NCBI GenBank assembly: GCA_035518375.1
Contig: DATIXQ010000023.1
Span: forward strand, 16,037 to 80,036
Direction: 5' to 3'
Length of the DNA: 64,000 bases
Origin: Stellaceae bacterium
GTDB taxonomy: Bacteria > Pseudomonadota > Alphaproteobacteria > ATCC43930 > CGMCC-115725
In this document: piece by piece, positions 1 to 10,553 of the stretch
Position numbering within the stretch: the stretch's first letter is position 1
How the letters are laid out: every line of letters begins with the position of its first letter
Position numbers and translations under genes: made by a program
The notes under the pieces: model-generated
Seen by the model: only the letters and a program-made list of their open reading frames with translations
What the model was told of the DNA's origin: nothing
The model's database searches: none

Positions 1-154
1 CGTAGAATTCCTCCGCCTGCCTCGGCGAGAGCTGTAGGCGCTTTTGCGCGATGATGCGGAGGCCCTTTTCTTCGAGCCGCGCGTTGATCTTGCCGGTCAG
101 GTTCCGGCGCGTCGCGTCCGGCTTGATGATCGACAGGGTACGTTCGAGCGCCAT
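1..154 (-). CDS. ndk: nucleoside diphosphate kinase, 5' fragment (first 51 codons; gene runs off the left edge)
   Basis: Own translation of the minus strand from ATG (cat at 152-154): [51 protein letters not shown], the canonical Ndk N-terminus. Absent from the ORF track because it is truncated by the window edge. Confidence 0.85.
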   Translation of the reverse strand, partial: MALERTLSIIKPDATRRNLTGKINARLEEKGLRIIAQKRLQLSPRQAEEFY

Positions 155-211
155 CGCCACTCCCAAGAGGCGGATCGGAGGCGCGGCTTATAGCGAGCGC
201 TAGCCACGCCA

Positions 212-664
212 TCAACCGAGCGCGCGCTTCTCCCAGCCCGCATCGGTCTGCTGCCAGTAGACGAGCTCGTGCCCCGCGGCCGCCGCCTCGCGCCAGCGCG
301 CCCGCGCATGCTCGACCGAGGCAGGGTCGTTGCCGTCGAAGAGGTCGGCGACGCGCTTGAACTCGCCGAGCCGCCGGCTCGCCGCGCCGTCGACGAGGAC
401 AAGCATGCTCGCCGCATTGGCGTTGTCGTCGATCGTGGCGAGGAACACCGGCTGGCGCGCCGCGTTGCCGTCGCGCGCGGTGCCGTGCGGCAGGAAGCTC
501 GCTTCGCTATAGGTCCAGAGAAGGGCGTCGAGATCCTGGACGCGCTCCTCCGATCCTGCGACGACGAGAATGCGATGGCCATCGCCGAGCGCGCGTTCGA
601 GCAGCCGCGGCAAGGCGCGCTCGAGCGGCATCGTGCGCAAATGATAGAAGCCGACCTCGGTCAT
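212..664 (-). CDS. holC: DNA polymerase III subunit chi
   Basis: ORF 212..925 trimmed to the internal ATG at 664 (MTEVGFYHLRTMPLERALPRLLERAL...). About 150 aa with a chi-type FYHL N-terminus. ATGA overlap with the pepA stop; the holC-pepA pairing is as in other proteobacteria. Confidence 0.85.
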   Translation of the reverse strand: MTEVGFYHLRTMPLERALPRLLERALGDGHRILVVAGSEERVQDLDALLWTYSEASFLPHGTARDGNAARQPVFLATIDDNANAASMLVLVDGAASRRLGEFKRVADLFDGNDPASVEHARARWREAAAAGHELVYWQQTDAGWEKRALG

Positions 665-2148
665 CCCTCTTCGTAATGCTCGGCCACAAGCTGGTCGAGG
701 AGGCGCAAGCCAAAGGCCGTGGCGCCTTTGGGCACCGTGGGCGCGTCCTTCTTCGACCAGGTCGTGCCGGCGATGTCGAGGTGCGCCCATGGCACGTTGT
801 TGACGAAGCGCTGCAGGAACTGCGCCGCGGTGATGCTGCCGGCCTCGCGCCCGCCGATGTTCTTCACGTCGGCCGCGTCGCTGTCGATCATCTTGTCGTA
901 GCCTTCGGCGAGCGGCATGCGCCACAATTTCTCGCCGACGCGCTTGCCCGAGGCAATGAGCCGCTCAGCCAATTCCTCGTTGTTGGAGAAGAGCCCGGCG
1001 TGCTCGTTGCCGAGCGAGACGATGATGGCGCCCGTCAAGGTCGCGAGGTTCACCATGAACTGCGGCTTGAAGCGCTGCTGGCAATACCAAAGCGCATCGG
1101 CCAGCACGAGCCGCCCCTCGGCGTCGGTGTTGAGCACCTCGATCGTCTGACCCGAAAGCGAGGTGACGATATCACCGGGGCGCTGCGCCGTGCCGGACGG
1201 CATGTTCTCGACGAGACCGCCGATACCGACGACGTTGACCTTGGCCTTGCGGCCGGCGAGCGCGCGCATGAGGCCGATGACGACGCCGGCGCCGGCCATG
1301 TCCCACTTCATGTCCTCCATGCCGCCGGCCGGCTTGATCGAGATGCCGCCGGTGTCGAAGGTGACGCCCTTGCCGATGAAGGCGATGGGAGCGGGGTTTC
1401 GGGCCTTGGGGTTGCCTTTCCACTGCATGATGACGAGGCGAGGCGGGCGCTCACTTCCCTGCGCGACGCCGAGAAGTGCGTTCATGCCAAGCTTCTTCAT
1501 CTGCTTCTCGTCGAGCACTTCGACCTCGACGCCGAGCTTCTCGAGCGAGCGCGCCTGCTCCGCGAGCGTCTCGGGATAGATGACGTTCGCCGGCTCCGAC
1601 ACGAGATCGCGCGTGAAATAGACGGCTTCCGCCACCTTCTCGAGCGGCTGGAACGCGCGCTTCGCGGCCGCGGGATCCTCGACCACGATCGTCAGCTCCT
1701 CGAGCGTCGGTTTGTTCTCCGGCTTCTCCTTGGTGCGGTACTTGTCGAAGCGATATGCGCGGAGCCGCGCGCCATAGGCGAGGTCGGCGGCGATTTGCGC
1801 CTCGTTGTCGCGCTGATCGAGCGCCACCGCGGCGGTCTTCTCACCCGCGCTGTTCAACTGCGCCACGATGTGCCCGCCGCGGTTCTGCCAAGCGACGCGC
1901 TCGCCGCCGCCTTCCTTGCCGATGCCGTAAAGCAGCACGCGGTTGACCTCGAGCCGCGCCGGCGCGAGCACGGCCAGCACCTCTTCGCCACGGCCCTTGA
2001 ATTTGCTCGCCGCCATGGCGCGCGTCAGATTGCCGCCGCTCTCCTCGTCGAGGCGTGCCGCGGTGGCCAGGAGCTTGCGCTCGTCCGCGACGGAGACGGC
2101 AACTGTTCCAGCGTGCGGCAGGCGCGGGCCGGCGAAACTGATCTTCAT
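661..2148 (-). CDS. pepA: leucyl aminopeptidase (M17 family)
   Basis: ORF 661..2412 trimmed to MKISFAG at 2148 (cat at 2146-2148). M17 motifs KGVTFDTGGISIKP and NTDAEGRLVLADAL are present. Confidence 0.95.
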   Translation of the reverse strand: MKISFAGPRLPHAGTVAVSVADERKLLATAARLDEESGGNLTRAMAASKFKGRGEEVLAVLAPARLEVNRVLLYGIGKEGGGERVAWQNRGGHIVAQLNSAGEKTAAVALDQRDNEAQIAADLAYGARLRAYRFDKYRTKEKPENKPTLEELTIVVEDPAAAKRAFQPLEKVAEAVYFTRDLVSEPANVIYPETLAEQARSLEKLGVEVEVLDEKQMKKLGMNALLGVAQGSERPPRLVIMQWKGNPKARNPAPIAFIGKGVTFDTGGISIKPAGGMEDMKWDMAGAGVVIGLMRALAGRKAKVNVVGIGGLVENMPSGTAQRPGDIVTSLSGQTIEVLNTDAEGRLVLADALWYCQQRFKPQFMVNLATLTGAIIVSLGNEHAGLFSNNEELAERLIASGKRVGEKLWRMPLAEGYDKMIDSDAADVKNIGGREAGSITAAQFLQRFVNNVPWAHLDIAGTTWSKKDAPTVPKGATAFGLRLLDQLVAEHYEEG

Positions 2149-2200
2149 GGCGGCACTTCTCCGACGACTGTCGGCGGTATGGGAAGATATGCTCCCCGAG

Positions 2201-3697
2201 TCAACCGCCGAGGCGGTAGAGCTTCCAGCGCGGCGCGAGCTGCACCGGCGCGAGTCCGGCGCTGTCAATGAGCGTGAACGGCGCGGTGCCGACGAACACC
2301 ACGTAGTCGAAGCGCCCGAGCGCTCCGCTCTCCGCAAGATCGAGCGGCGGTCCACCCGCGACATAGGCTTGCCACACGCGGAGCGAGGATGTCGCCGCGG
2401 CAAGCGCAGCATAAGGCGGTTGCAGCGTTACCGGCTGTTGGCCCGCTTGCGCGAAAAGCGTCGGCACGAAGGCTTCGCGCAACGCGGCGGCAAGGACCGG
2501 TACGTGAAGGAGCGGCGTCGGCTGCACGTTGACCGCGTCGGCCGGCGCAGCGACAGCAAGGCGCGTGCCTTCAGGCAGCGCCGCGAGCGCGGCAATGAGT
2601 GGCCGGTATTCCTCAGCACTTTGGTGCCAACTGAGACCGACCGTCGCGAGCCGCAGCGCAAACATCAGCGCTGCGCCGCCGAGAAGTTGACGCTCGAGAC
2701 GCCGCGACGGCGCGGCCCAGCTCGTCCCGGCGCAAAGTGCCAGGGCCAGCGCCAGCGGCATGCGCCGATCAACGCCCGACGCGCCCGCCATCTGCGTCGG
2801 CATCACGACATAGGCGAGGATCAGGAGCGCAAGCGGGAGAACGAGCGCCGGCGCGAGCGTCAGCCAGCGCCGCGCATAGCCGAGGGCGAGCACGCCGACG
2901 AAGAGCACGAAGCTGGCGATATCGAACGGCCGGTGATAGAGATCGAAGGTGCTGAACAGGAGGTCGAGCTTGCGCAGCGGGTGCGAGTATTCGATGACGC
3001 CGCCGCCGATCCCCGACAGGAGCATGAGGAGGAGAGGTGGCACCAGCGTGGCCGCGGCGATGACGAGACGCCGCGGGCTCGCGCCCGGCGCGCGCAGGAG
3101 AAACGTGGCTTCGATGCCGAGCAGCATGAGGGCGTAGACCCCGAACGCCATCAGATGCGCAAAATATATGGCGAGTGCCGCGACCCCGCCGACGGCAATG
3201 CGAAGCGCCGCGCTGCGCCGCGCGAGCGCTGCCATCAGGGCAAGCGCGCAGAAGGCGAGGCCGAGGCCGAACAGGTAGTTGAGGATGCCCCACAGCAGCA
3301 GCCGGCCGTAAAGAAACAGGAACGCGAGGAGCGGCCACGCCGACCAGCGTCCGGCAAGCGCGCGATGCAGCAGCATCGGCCCGCCGGCGAGCAGCACGAA
3401 CGTCGCCAGCACGAAAACCTTGCCCGCGGCCGCAAGCGGCATGACGCGGAGAAGCGGCGGCACGAGCGCGTCCATCGCGAGATTTGGGATGGCGCGCCAA
3501 TCGGTCGCGTAATAGCGCGCGAGTGTCGCATCCTGCGGCAAGCGCGCGAGGAGCGCCATGCGCGCCAAGTGGTTTGGATAATCGACGAGCGGCAGCACGT
3601 CGACGAGGAGGAGCGGCAGTGCCGCTGCCGCGATCAGCACCGCGAAGGAAATCGCGCAGACGCGCGGCGAGAGGCGTGAAGGATCGGCGGCCGGCAT
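2201..3697 (-). CDS. polytopic inner-membrane protein of unknown function (498 aa)
   Basis: ORF 2201..4498 trimmed to ATG at 3697 (MPAADPSRLSPRVCAISFAVLIAAAALPLLLV...); the upstream 267 codons are antisense to lptF. Many Leu/Ala-rich hydrophobic helices, then a roughly 130-aa non-hydrophobic C-terminal part. No family recognised by eye. Confidence 0.6.
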   Translation of the reverse strand: MPAADPSRLSPRVCAISFAVLIAAAALPLLLVDVLPLVDYPNHLARMALLARLPQDATLARYYATDWRAIPNLAMDALVPPLLRVMPLAAAGKVFVLATFVLLAGGPMLLHRALAGRWSAWPLLAFLFLYGRLLLWGILNYLFGLGLAFCALALMAALARRSAALRIAVGGVAALAIYFAHLMAFGVYALMLLGIEATFLLRAPGASPRRLVIAAATLVPPLLLMLLSGIGGGVIEYSHPLRKLDLLFSTFDLYHRPFDIASFVLFVGVLALGYARRWLTLAPALVLPLALLILAYVVMPTQMAGASGVDRRMPLALALALCAGTSWAAPSRRLERQLLGGAALMFALRLATVGLSWHQSAEEYRPLIAALAALPEGTRLAVAAPADAVNVQPTPLLHVPVLAAALREAFVPTLFAQAGQQPVTLQPPYAALAAATSSLRVWQAYVAGGPPLDLAESGALGRFDYVVFVGTAPFTLIDSAGLAPVQLAPRWKLYRLGG

Positions 3698-3748
3698 CGC
3701 GCGCAGATTTCCATGCGCCGCTCGGTGCGGCAATCTATAATCCGCGCC

Positions 3749-4867
3749 ATGGATGGCCTCACCCGCTACGTCTTGCGGCAAATTCTGATTCTGATGGGGT
3801 TCATGACCGTCTCGCTCGCGGTCGCGGTGTGGCTCATCCAGTCGCTGCGATTGATCGATCTCATCGTCAACCGCGGGCTTTCGCTCGGCCTCTTTCTCTA
3901 CCTCGCGCTGCTCATCCTGCCGCGCCTCGTGGAGGTCGTGCTGCCGATCGCCGTGTTCGTCGGCATTCTGTTCATCTACAACAAGCTCACCACCGAAAGC
4001 GAACTTCTGGTCATGCGCGCGGCCGGCATGAGCGAGGCGGGACTCGCGCGTCCGGCGCTCATCGCCGGCCTCATCGCGTCGATCCTGCTCTATGCGCTCT
4101 CGCTCGAGATCGTTCCGGCCGCCAATCGGGCGTTCAAGGATCTGCAGTTCCAGATCCGCAACCGCTTCGCCTCGGTCCTGGTCCAGGACGGCATCTTCAA
4201 CACGATCTCCGACCGGCTCATGGTCTACGACATGGGTCGCAACGACGCCGGCGACCTGATGGGCCTCGTCATCTACGACGCGCGCGATCCGCAGAAGCCT
4301 GTCACGATCTTTGCCGAGCGCGGTGCCTTCGCCGATACGCCCGACGGTCCGCGGCTCCTCCTCGCCAACGGCACCCGCCAGCAGCGCGACAAGGAGAACG
4401 GACACATCTCCACCCTGAGCTTCGAGCGCTACACGCTCGACCTCGCCGGGCTCGCGGACACGGCCGCCACGCGCGATCGACAGCCCGATGAGCGCCATAC
4501 GCTCGAACTGCTCTTCCCCGGCCGGAGGCCGGCGGGAGATGGGTCGGAGCGCGCCTTCTTCATCGAGCTCAACATGCGGCTCGAAGGCCCGCTCACCGCG
4601 TTCGTCATGGCGGTGTTGCCGATCCTGTGCCTCCTGCCGGGCGAGTTCAATCGGCGCGGCCAGAACCGACGCGTCTTCGTCGCGATCCTGCTCGCCTTCC
4701 TGTTCGAGTTCGCCGACATCGGCCTCAAGAACCTGACCGGCCGTAGCGACGTCGCGCTGCCGCTTCTCTATCTCAACATAGCGGTCCCCCTGGCGGTGAT
4801 GCTGCGGATGCTGTGGCGCGACGCACGTCTGGCGCAGGCACCGTTCGCTGCGCGCGCGGCGAGCTGA
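3749..4867 (+). CDS. lptF: LPS export ABC transporter permease LptF
   Basis: MDGLTRYVLRQILILMGFMTVSLAVAVWLIQSLRLIDLIV... is typical of the YjgP/YjgQ permease family. ATG at 3749 preferred; an alternative ATG lies at 3713. The stop overlaps the lptG start (TGATG). Confidence 0.9.
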   Translation: MDGLTRYVLRQILILMGFMTVSLAVAVWLIQSLRLIDLIVNRGLSLGLFLYLALLILPRLVEVVLPIAVFVGILFIYNKLTTESELLVMRAAGMSEAGLARPALIAGLIASILLYALSLEIVPAANRAFKDLQFQIRNRFASVLVQDGIFNTISDRLMVYDMGRNDAGDLMGLVIYDARDPQKPVTIFAERGAFADTPDGPRLLLANGTRQQRDKENGHISTLSFERYTLDLAGLADTAATRDRQPDERHTLELLFPGRRPAGDGSERAFFIELNMRLEGPLTAFVMAVLPILCLLPGEFNRRGQNRRVFVAILLAFLFEFADIGLKNLTGRSDVALPLLYLNIAVPLAVMLRMLWRDARLAQAPFAARAAS

Positions 4868-5973
4868 TGGCGCCGATGTCGCCCGGCAAAACCCTCTTCC
4901 GCTATATCGCGCGCCAGTTTCTCGTTTGGTGCAGCCTCGTGTTCCTGGCGATGCTGGCGATCGTGTTCCTGCTCGACTACATCGAGCTCATCCGCCGCTC
5001 CGGATCGAAGCCCGAGGCGACGCTCTATGTGCTGTTCAAGATGGCGCTCCTGAAGCAGCCCTATATGGCGCAGCAGATCATGCCTTTCGTCATCCTGTTC
5101 GGCACGATGATGGCGTTCTGGCGGCTGACGCGGAGCAACGAGCTCGTCGTGGCGCGCGCCGCTGGCGTCTCGGTGTGGCAATTTCTGGCGCCGCCGCTCG
5201 CCGCCGCCGCGATCATCGGCGTCTTCGTCATCACGCTCTTCAATCCCGTGGCTTCGATCCTCCAGGCCCGCTACGAGCAGCTCGACGATTCGATCCTGCG
5301 CGGCGAGGCCGACACGCTTGCCTTGTCGCGTACCGGCCTGTGGCTCCGCCAGAGCGACGACCAAGGCGGTCGCTCGATCGTCCATGCGGATGGCTATCAC
5401 GCCGAACGCAACGCGCTCGAGGGCGTGACGATGCTGTTCATCGCCGGCGACCGCAAGCTTACGAAGCGGATCGATGCGCGCGAGGCGCAACTCGGCAACA
5501 GCGGCTGGAATGTGTTCGACGGCACGCTGTGGCAGCCCTCGCAGCCGGCGCAGTCGTTCCGGGAGCTCGAGATCCCGACCAATCTCACGGCCCGCAACAT
5601 TCAGGACAGTTTTGCCGCGCCGGAGACGATGTCGTTCTGGGAACTCCCGAACTTCATCGCGCTGCTCGAGAGCTCGGGTTTCTCGGCCTTGCGCCATCGT
5701 CTCTATTTCGATGCACTCCTCGCGCGGCCGCTGCTGTTCGCGGCGATGGTGGTGATCGCCGCGAGCTTCAGCCTGCGTATGCAGCGGCGCGGCGGCACGG
5801 GCATCATGATCGCGGCCGGCGTCGGCGCCGGCTTCATCCTCTATTTCCTGTCCGACGTCGTGTTCGCGCTTGGCCTGTCGGCGACAATTCCGGTGTCGCT
5901 TGCCGCGTGGTCGCCGGCCGGTATCAGCTGCCTTCTCGGCGTCAGCCTGCTTCTTCACCTTGAGGACGGATAG
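4867..5973 (+). CDS. lptG: LPS export ABC transporter permease LptG
   Basis: ORF 4813..5973 trimmed to ATG at 4867 (MAPMSPGKTLFRYIARQFLVW...). YjgP/YjgQ family, directly after lptF. Confidence 0.9.
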   Translation: MAPMSPGKTLFRYIARQFLVWCSLVFLAMLAIVFLLDYIELIRRSGSKPEATLYVLFKMALLKQPYMAQQIMPFVILFGTMMAFWRLTRSNELVVARAAGVSVWQFLAPPLAAAAIIGVFVITLFNPVASILQARYEQLDDSILRGEADTLALSRTGLWLRQSDDQGGRSIVHADGYHAERNALEGVTMLFIAGDRKLTKRIDAREAQLGNSGWNVFDGTLWQPSQPAQSFRELEIPTNLTARNIQDSFAAPETMSFWELPNFIALLESSGFSALRHRLYFDALLARPLLFAAMVVIAASFSLRMQRRGGTGIMIAAGVGAGFILYFLSDVVFALGLSATIPVSLAAWSPAGISCLLGVSLLLHLEDG

Positions 5974-5978
5974 CGCAC

Positions 5979-8231
5979 GTGATTCGGGGGGGCGCCTTCA
6001 TCTTCGCCAGCCTTGTCGCGCTCGCGGCACTGCCGGCGCTCGCGGCGAATGAGTTGCGCACGGGGCGCCAGGAACCGGTGCTGGTCAGCGCCGATGAGGT
6101 GCAATACGACCAGGATTTGGGCCTCACCGTGGCGAAGGGCCATGTCGAGCTCGACCAGGGCGACGATATCCTCCTTGCCGACGCCGTGACCTACAACCAG
6201 CGCAGCGACACGGTCACGGCCTCAGGCCACATCGCGCTGCTGCAGCCGACCGGCGACATCCTGTTCGCCGATTTCGTCGAATTGCATGACGAGATGCGCG
6301 ACGGCTTCATCAAGGACGTGCGCCTGCTCCTGTCCGATCGCTCGCGACTTGCCGGCAATACGGCCCGCCGTGTCGCGGGCGTGCGCACGACGATCCGGCG
6401 CGCCGTCTATTCGCCGTGCGAGCTGTGCCAGGACGATCCGACGCGGCCGCCGGTGTGGCAGATCAAGGCCGAGGAGGTGGTGCACGACAAGGAGCTCCAG
6501 CTCGTCGAATATCATGACGCGATCATGGAGATCGACGGCGTCCCGGTGTTCTATGCGCCCTATTTCTCGCATCCCGATCCGTCGGTAAAGCGCGCGAGCG
6601 GGTTCCTGCCGCCGACCATGGGCTACGGCAACACGCTCGGCTTCCACGCGACGGTGCCCTATTACTGGGACATCGCCCCCGACAAGGACGCGACCATCAG
6701 GCCGATGATCACGACGAGCGCCGGTGTCGTGCTCGGCGGCGAATATCGCGAGCGTTTCTCGAACGGCTACATGGTGAACGACGCCAGCATCGAGGCGGGC
6801 GGCGGCTCGCAAAGCGCATCGCTCGGCAATGTCGGGCCGTCAACCGGCGACGTGCGCTGGCACTTTTTCGGCAACGGCGAGTGGGGACTGACGGACCAAA
6901 CGCGCGCCGGCTATCAAATTCAGCGCGAGAGCGATCAGACCTACATGCTTCGCTATCACTTCACGACGCCGTGGAACTACCTCACGACCCATCTCTATGG
7001 CGAAACGTTCGGGCCCAGCAGCTACGGCAACATCAGCGGCCTCTCGTATCAAAGTTTGAGCCCGCTCTACGGCGATTCGCTCGAGCCGATCGCGCTGCCT
7101 GACGCGCTCTATACCTGGACAAGCGAGCCCGATCCGCTCGGTGGGCGCTGGAACCTCACCGGCAGCGCGCTCGATCTCATTCATCACACCGGGCCCGAGG
7201 TGCGCCGCGTCTCGAGCGGCGCCACATGGGAGCTGCCGTTCAACGGCCTCGTCGGCGACCGCTTCACCTTCCTCGCGAGCCTCAGGACCGACGCCTACTC
7301 CGCCGACCACGTCGCGCTGACGCCGAGCACGCAGCCTGTGACGACCGAATTCGGCGAGACCTTGCAACTGCCGACCAACGTCAACACGGTGAGCACGCTC
7401 GCCGCGCGCGGCTTCCCGCAGGTTGCGCTCAAGTGGCGTTATCCGTGGGTGCGCGAGAGCGACAGCACCAACGTGCTCATCGAACCGATCACGGCCGTGG
7501 TTGCCGCGCCCAAGGGCGGCAATCCGGCGCGCATTCCGGACGAGGATTCGCAAGGCTTCGAGTTCGACGAGAGCGATCTCTTCTTGCCCAATCGTCTGCC
7601 GGGCTACGACCGTGTCGATGGCGGCCAGCGCGTCGATTACGGCATCCACGGCGAGGTGAACCGCGCGGCCGGGCAGTCGTTCGAGACCCTGATCGGGCAA
7701 AGCTACGCGTTCCAGACGACCGACATCTTCCCGCAAGGCTCGGGTCTCGGAGCGCGGTTCTCCGACTATGTCGGGCGCGTCGCGTTCTCGCCCGACCAGT
7801 TCCTCACCGTGTTCTACCGCTTCCGCTTCGACAAGAGCGACTTCGCGGCCCGGCGCCAGGAGGCAGGCACGACGTTTGGTCCCGAATCGCTGCGTATTTC
7901 TACGAGCTTCATAGCGATCCGCCCCAACGTTAACACGGTTACAACGAGTCTCCCGACGGGTGCGCAGATCGCAGGCTCGGTCACCGCGCAACTCACCCGC
8001 TATTGGGCGCTTGCTTTTTTCGACACGCGCTCGATCGGTGGCGGCGGATCGACCATCAATTCGGGCGTCACGGCCACATATCACGACGACTGCTTCGCGG
8101 TCGTGACCTCGGTCACGCAGTCAGGCATCCGTGTTGGCGACGTGCGGCCCGGCGTGTCGGTGTTGCTGACGCTCGTCTTCAAGAATCTCGGCGAGATCGG
8201 GCAGCGCGTTCTGTCCGTGGGCGGCACGTGA
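5979..8231 (+). CDS. lptD: LPS-assembly outer-membrane protein LptD
   Basis: 750 aa with a GTG start at 5979 and a signal peptide (FIFASLVALAALPALAA). OstA-like N-terminal domain (VSADEVQYDQDLGLTVAKGHVEL, ADAVTYNQRSD) followed by a large beta-barrel region. Sits in the lptD-surA-pdxA-rsmA order. Confidence 0.92.
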   Translation: MIRGGAFIFASLVALAALPALAANELRTGRQEPVLVSADEVQYDQDLGLTVAKGHVELDQGDDILLADAVTYNQRSDTVTASGHIALLQPTGDILFADFVELHDEMRDGFIKDVRLLLSDRSRLAGNTARRVAGVRTTIRRAVYSPCELCQDDPTRPPVWQIKAEEVVHDKELQLVEYHDAIMEIDGVPVFYAPYFSHPDPSVKRASGFLPPTMGYGNTLGFHATVPYYWDIAPDKDATIRPMITTSAGVVLGGEYRERFSNGYMVNDASIEAGGGSQSASLGNVGPSTGDVRWHFFGNGEWGLTDQTRAGYQIQRESDQTYMLRYHFTTPWNYLTTHLYGETFGPSSYGNISGLSYQSLSPLYGDSLEPIALPDALYTWTSEPDPLGGRWNLTGSALDLIHHTGPEVRRVSSGATWELPFNGLVGDRFTFLASLRTDAYSADHVALTPSTQPVTTEFGETLQLPTNVNTVSTLAARGFPQVALKWRYPWVRESDSTNVLIEPITAVVAAPKGGNPARIPDEDSQGFEFDESDLFLPNRLPGYDRVDGGQRVDYGIHGEVNRAAGQSFETLIGQSYAFQTTDIFPQGSGLGARFSDYVGRVAFSPDQFLTVFYRFRFDKSDFAARRQEAGTTFGPESLRISTSFIAIRPNVNTVTTSLPTGAQIAGSVTAQLTRYWALAFFDTRSIGGGGSTINSGVTATYHDDCFAVVTSVTQSGIRVGDVRPGVSVLLTLVFKNLGEIGQRVLSVGGT

Positions 8232-8296
8232 CAAGGCCCCTCGCGGTGCTATGGTGCCGCGCCCGGAAGTGGTGCCGTGTCGTTCGTGGTGTCCGA

Positions 8297-9544
8297 ATGA
8301 ATGCTCTTGTCCTTTGTTTCGCGCTCGTGTTCCTCCCCTCGTTCGTCTTGGCGCAGGGCGAAAGCCGGATTGCCGCGGTCGTCAACTCCTCGATCATCAC
8401 CGACAGCGATCTGGCCGCGCGGCTCCAGATCGTCGAGTCGTCGGCGAACATGCCGGACACGCCGGATAACCGCAAGCGCATGGAACCGCAGGTGCTGCGC
8501 TCGCTGATCGACGAGAAGCTGCAGATGCAGGAGGCGAAGCGCATCGGCATCTCCGTATCGAAGGACGACGTGGACCGCGGCCTCGCCGAGATCGAACAGC
8601 GCAACCATATGCCGAAAGGCTCGCTCAATGAGTATCTGAAGGCACGCGGCATCTCGCGCAGCTCGCTGGTCGATCAGCTCACTGCGTCGATCGCCTTCTC
8701 GCGCATCGTGCAGAACCGCGTCTCGCAGGACGTCCAGGTCTCCGACGACGAAGTTAACGAGATGATGAAGCGAATCGAGGCCAACATCGGCAAGCCGCAA
8801 AGCCGCGTCGCCGAGATTTTTCTTGCAGTCGACAATCCGAGCCAGGCGGACGACGTGAAGCGGCTCGCCGATCGCATCGTGCAGCAAATTCAGGGCGGCG
8901 CCAATTTTCAGGCGATGGCGCAGCAATTCTCGCAATCACCGAGCGCCGCGGTGGGTGGCGACATCGGCTGGGTCACACCCGGTCAGCTCAGCTCCATTCT
9001 CGCCGATGCGATCGACAAGATGGCCCCCGGCCAGATGTCCTATCCGATCCGCACTCCCGCCGGTTTCTACCTGCTCGAGGTGCTCGACCGCCGCACCCTC
9101 GGCGCGGGGGAGCCTGACAAGATCGTCCTCTCGCTTGACGAGGTCGTGTTTCCGCTCGCCGCGACTGCGAGCGCGGACGAGCGCCAGAAGGTTGAGGCGC
9201 AGGCGGCGCAGGTGACGGCGCAGGCGAAAAGCTGCGGCGAGATGGCGAAGATCGGCGCCGAGCGCGCGCCGCAGCTCTCGCGCCAGCTCCCCCAGGTCAA
9301 AGCGAGCGACCTGCCCGAGGATGTGCGCGCCAAGATCCTGGCACTCAAGATCGCCGAGGCGAGCAAACCGTTGCCGATCCAGGGCGGCATCGGCGTCGTC
9401 ATGGTGTGCCAGCGCCAGGACCCGCCGGGCCTCCCCTCGCGCGACGAGGTCGAGGATTCGATCGGGCGCGAGCGGCTCGATACGCTGGCACGGCGCTACA
9501 TGAGCGACCTGCGCCGCGGCGCCTACGTCGATATCCGCGAATGA
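8297..9544 (+). CDS. surA: periplasmic chaperone / peptidyl-prolyl isomerase SurA
   Basis: ORF 8003..9544 trimmed to ATG at 8297 ([21 protein letters not shown], a signal peptide). SurA_N-like region ([19 protein letters not shown]) plus a parvulin-like segment ([12 protein letters not shown]). Conserved position after lptD. Confidence 0.85.
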   Translation: MNALVLCFALVFLPSFVLAQGESRIAAVVNSSIITDSDLAARLQIVESSANMPDTPDNRKRMEPQVLRSLIDEKLQMQEAKRIGISVSKDDVDRGLAEIEQRNHMPKGSLNEYLKARGISRSSLVDQLTASIAFSRIVQNRVSQDVQVSDDEVNEMMKRIEANIGKPQSRVAEIFLAVDNPSQADDVKRLADRIVQQIQGGANFQAMAQQFSQSPSAAVGGDIGWVTPGQLSSILADAIDKMAPGQMSYPIRTPAGFYLLEVLDRRTLGAGEPDKIVLSLDEVVFPLAATASADERQKVEAQAAQVTAQAKSCGEMAKIGAERAPQLSRQLPQVKASDLPEDVRAKILALKIAEASKPLPIQGGIGVVMVCQRQDPPGLPSRDEVEDSIGRERLDTLARRYMSDLRRGAYVDIRE

Positions 9545-10548
9545 GCCTGCCGCTTGCCCTGACGGCCGGCGAGCCGGCCGGGATTGGCGGCGAGATCACG
9601 CTCAAGGCCTGGCTCGCGCGCGGGCGCGCGGGGCTGGCGCCGTTCTTCACCATCGACGATCCGGCCCGGCTCGAGCGTCTCGCGGCGGCGCTCGGCCTCG
9701 CTGTGCCGGTCGCGAGAATCGCGGCGCCGCGCGAAGCGGCGGCCGCTTTCGCGCGCGCGCTTCCGGTCCTGCCGCGGGAATTTCCGGCGTCGGTCGTGCC
9801 CGGGCGGCTCGACCTGCGGAACGCGCCCGCCGTGATCGAGGCCATCGAAGCGGCGGTGAAGCTCGTCGTCGCGCACGACGCGGCTGCGCTCGTCACCAAT
9901 CCGATCCAGAAGGAGACGCTCTACGCGGCCGGTTTTTCCTATCCGGGCCACACCGAATATCTCGGCGCCCTTGCGGGCGGCATGCGGCCCGTAATGATGC
10001 TCGTCTCGCCCGAGCTGCGTGTCGTGCCGGTGACGGTGCACGTCTCGCTGAGAGAGGCGCTGGCGGCGCTGTCGACGGCGGAGATCGCTGCCGTCGGGCG
10101 TATCGCCGCGGAAGCGCTGAAGCGCGATTTCGGGATCGCCCGCCCGCGCCTCGCCGTCGCCGGCCTTAACCCGCATGCCGGCGAAGGCGGCTCGATGGGG
10201 CGAGAGGAGATCGAGATGATAGCGCCCGCCATCGCGCTGCTGCGTGATGATGGCATCGACGTGTTCGGGCCCGTTCCGCCCGATACCATGTTCCATGCGG
10301 GCGCTCGGCGGCGCTATGACGCGGCGCTCTGCATGTATCACGACCAGGCGCTCATCCCGCTGAAGACGCTCGACTTCGAGCGCGGCGTCAATGTCACGCT
10401 GGGCCTACCCTTCATCCGCACTTCGCCCGACCACGGCACCGCGACCGACATCGCGGGCAAGGGCGTCGCGAACGAGACGAGTCTCATCGAAGCGCTCCGG
10501 CTCGCGGCGGCGATGAGTGATCGGCGCGCGCTCGCGCCAAGCGGCTGA
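9541..10548 (+). CDS. pdxA: 4-hydroxythreonine-4-phosphate dehydrogenase
   Basis: ORF 9406..10548 trimmed to ATG at 9541 ([19 protein letters not shown]...), overlapping the surA stop by ATGA. PdxA motifs [10 protein letters not shown] and HDQALIPLK. Confidence 0.92.
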   Translation: MSLPLALTAGEPAGIGGEITLKAWLARGRAGLAPFFTIDDPARLERLAAALGLAVPVARIAAPREAAAAFARALPVLPREFPASVVPGRLDLRNAPAVIEAIEAAVKLVVAHDAAALVTNPIQKETLYAAGFSYPGHTEYLGALAGGMRPVMMLVSPELRVVPVTVHVSLREALAALSTAEIAAVGRIAAEALKRDFGIARPRLAVAGLNPHAGEGGSMGREEIEMIAPAIALLRDDGIDVFGPVPPDTMFHAGARRRYDAALCMYHDQALIPLKTLDFERGVNVTLGLPFIRTSPDHGTATDIAGKGVANETSLIEALRLAAAMSDRRALAPSG

Positions 10549-10553
10549 GGGGC

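Noticed and set aside
1943-3679. 578-aa + strand ORF with extreme Arg/Glu/Ala content
   Set aside because: It is antisense to the 498-aa membrane-protein gene and the pepA 5' end. Its composition (runs of R, E, A, H) is typical of the reverse frame of a hydrophobic Leu/Ala-rich gene.
3698-4498. N-terminal 267 codons of the 765-aa ORF 2201..4498
   Set aside because: This part is antisense to lptF and is charged, low-complexity sequence. The convincing membrane protein begins at the internal ATG at 3697.
8003-8296. Long N-terminal extensions offered by the ORF track (for example surA 8003, pdxA 9406, MFS 19866, LLM 21247, fabD 17344, SBP 38584)
   Set aside because: The extensions are Arg-rich and overlap the preceding gene. 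Internal starts give canonical N-termini (signal peptides or family start motifs), often with an SD or ATGA/TGATG coupling that I verified in the nucleotide sequence.
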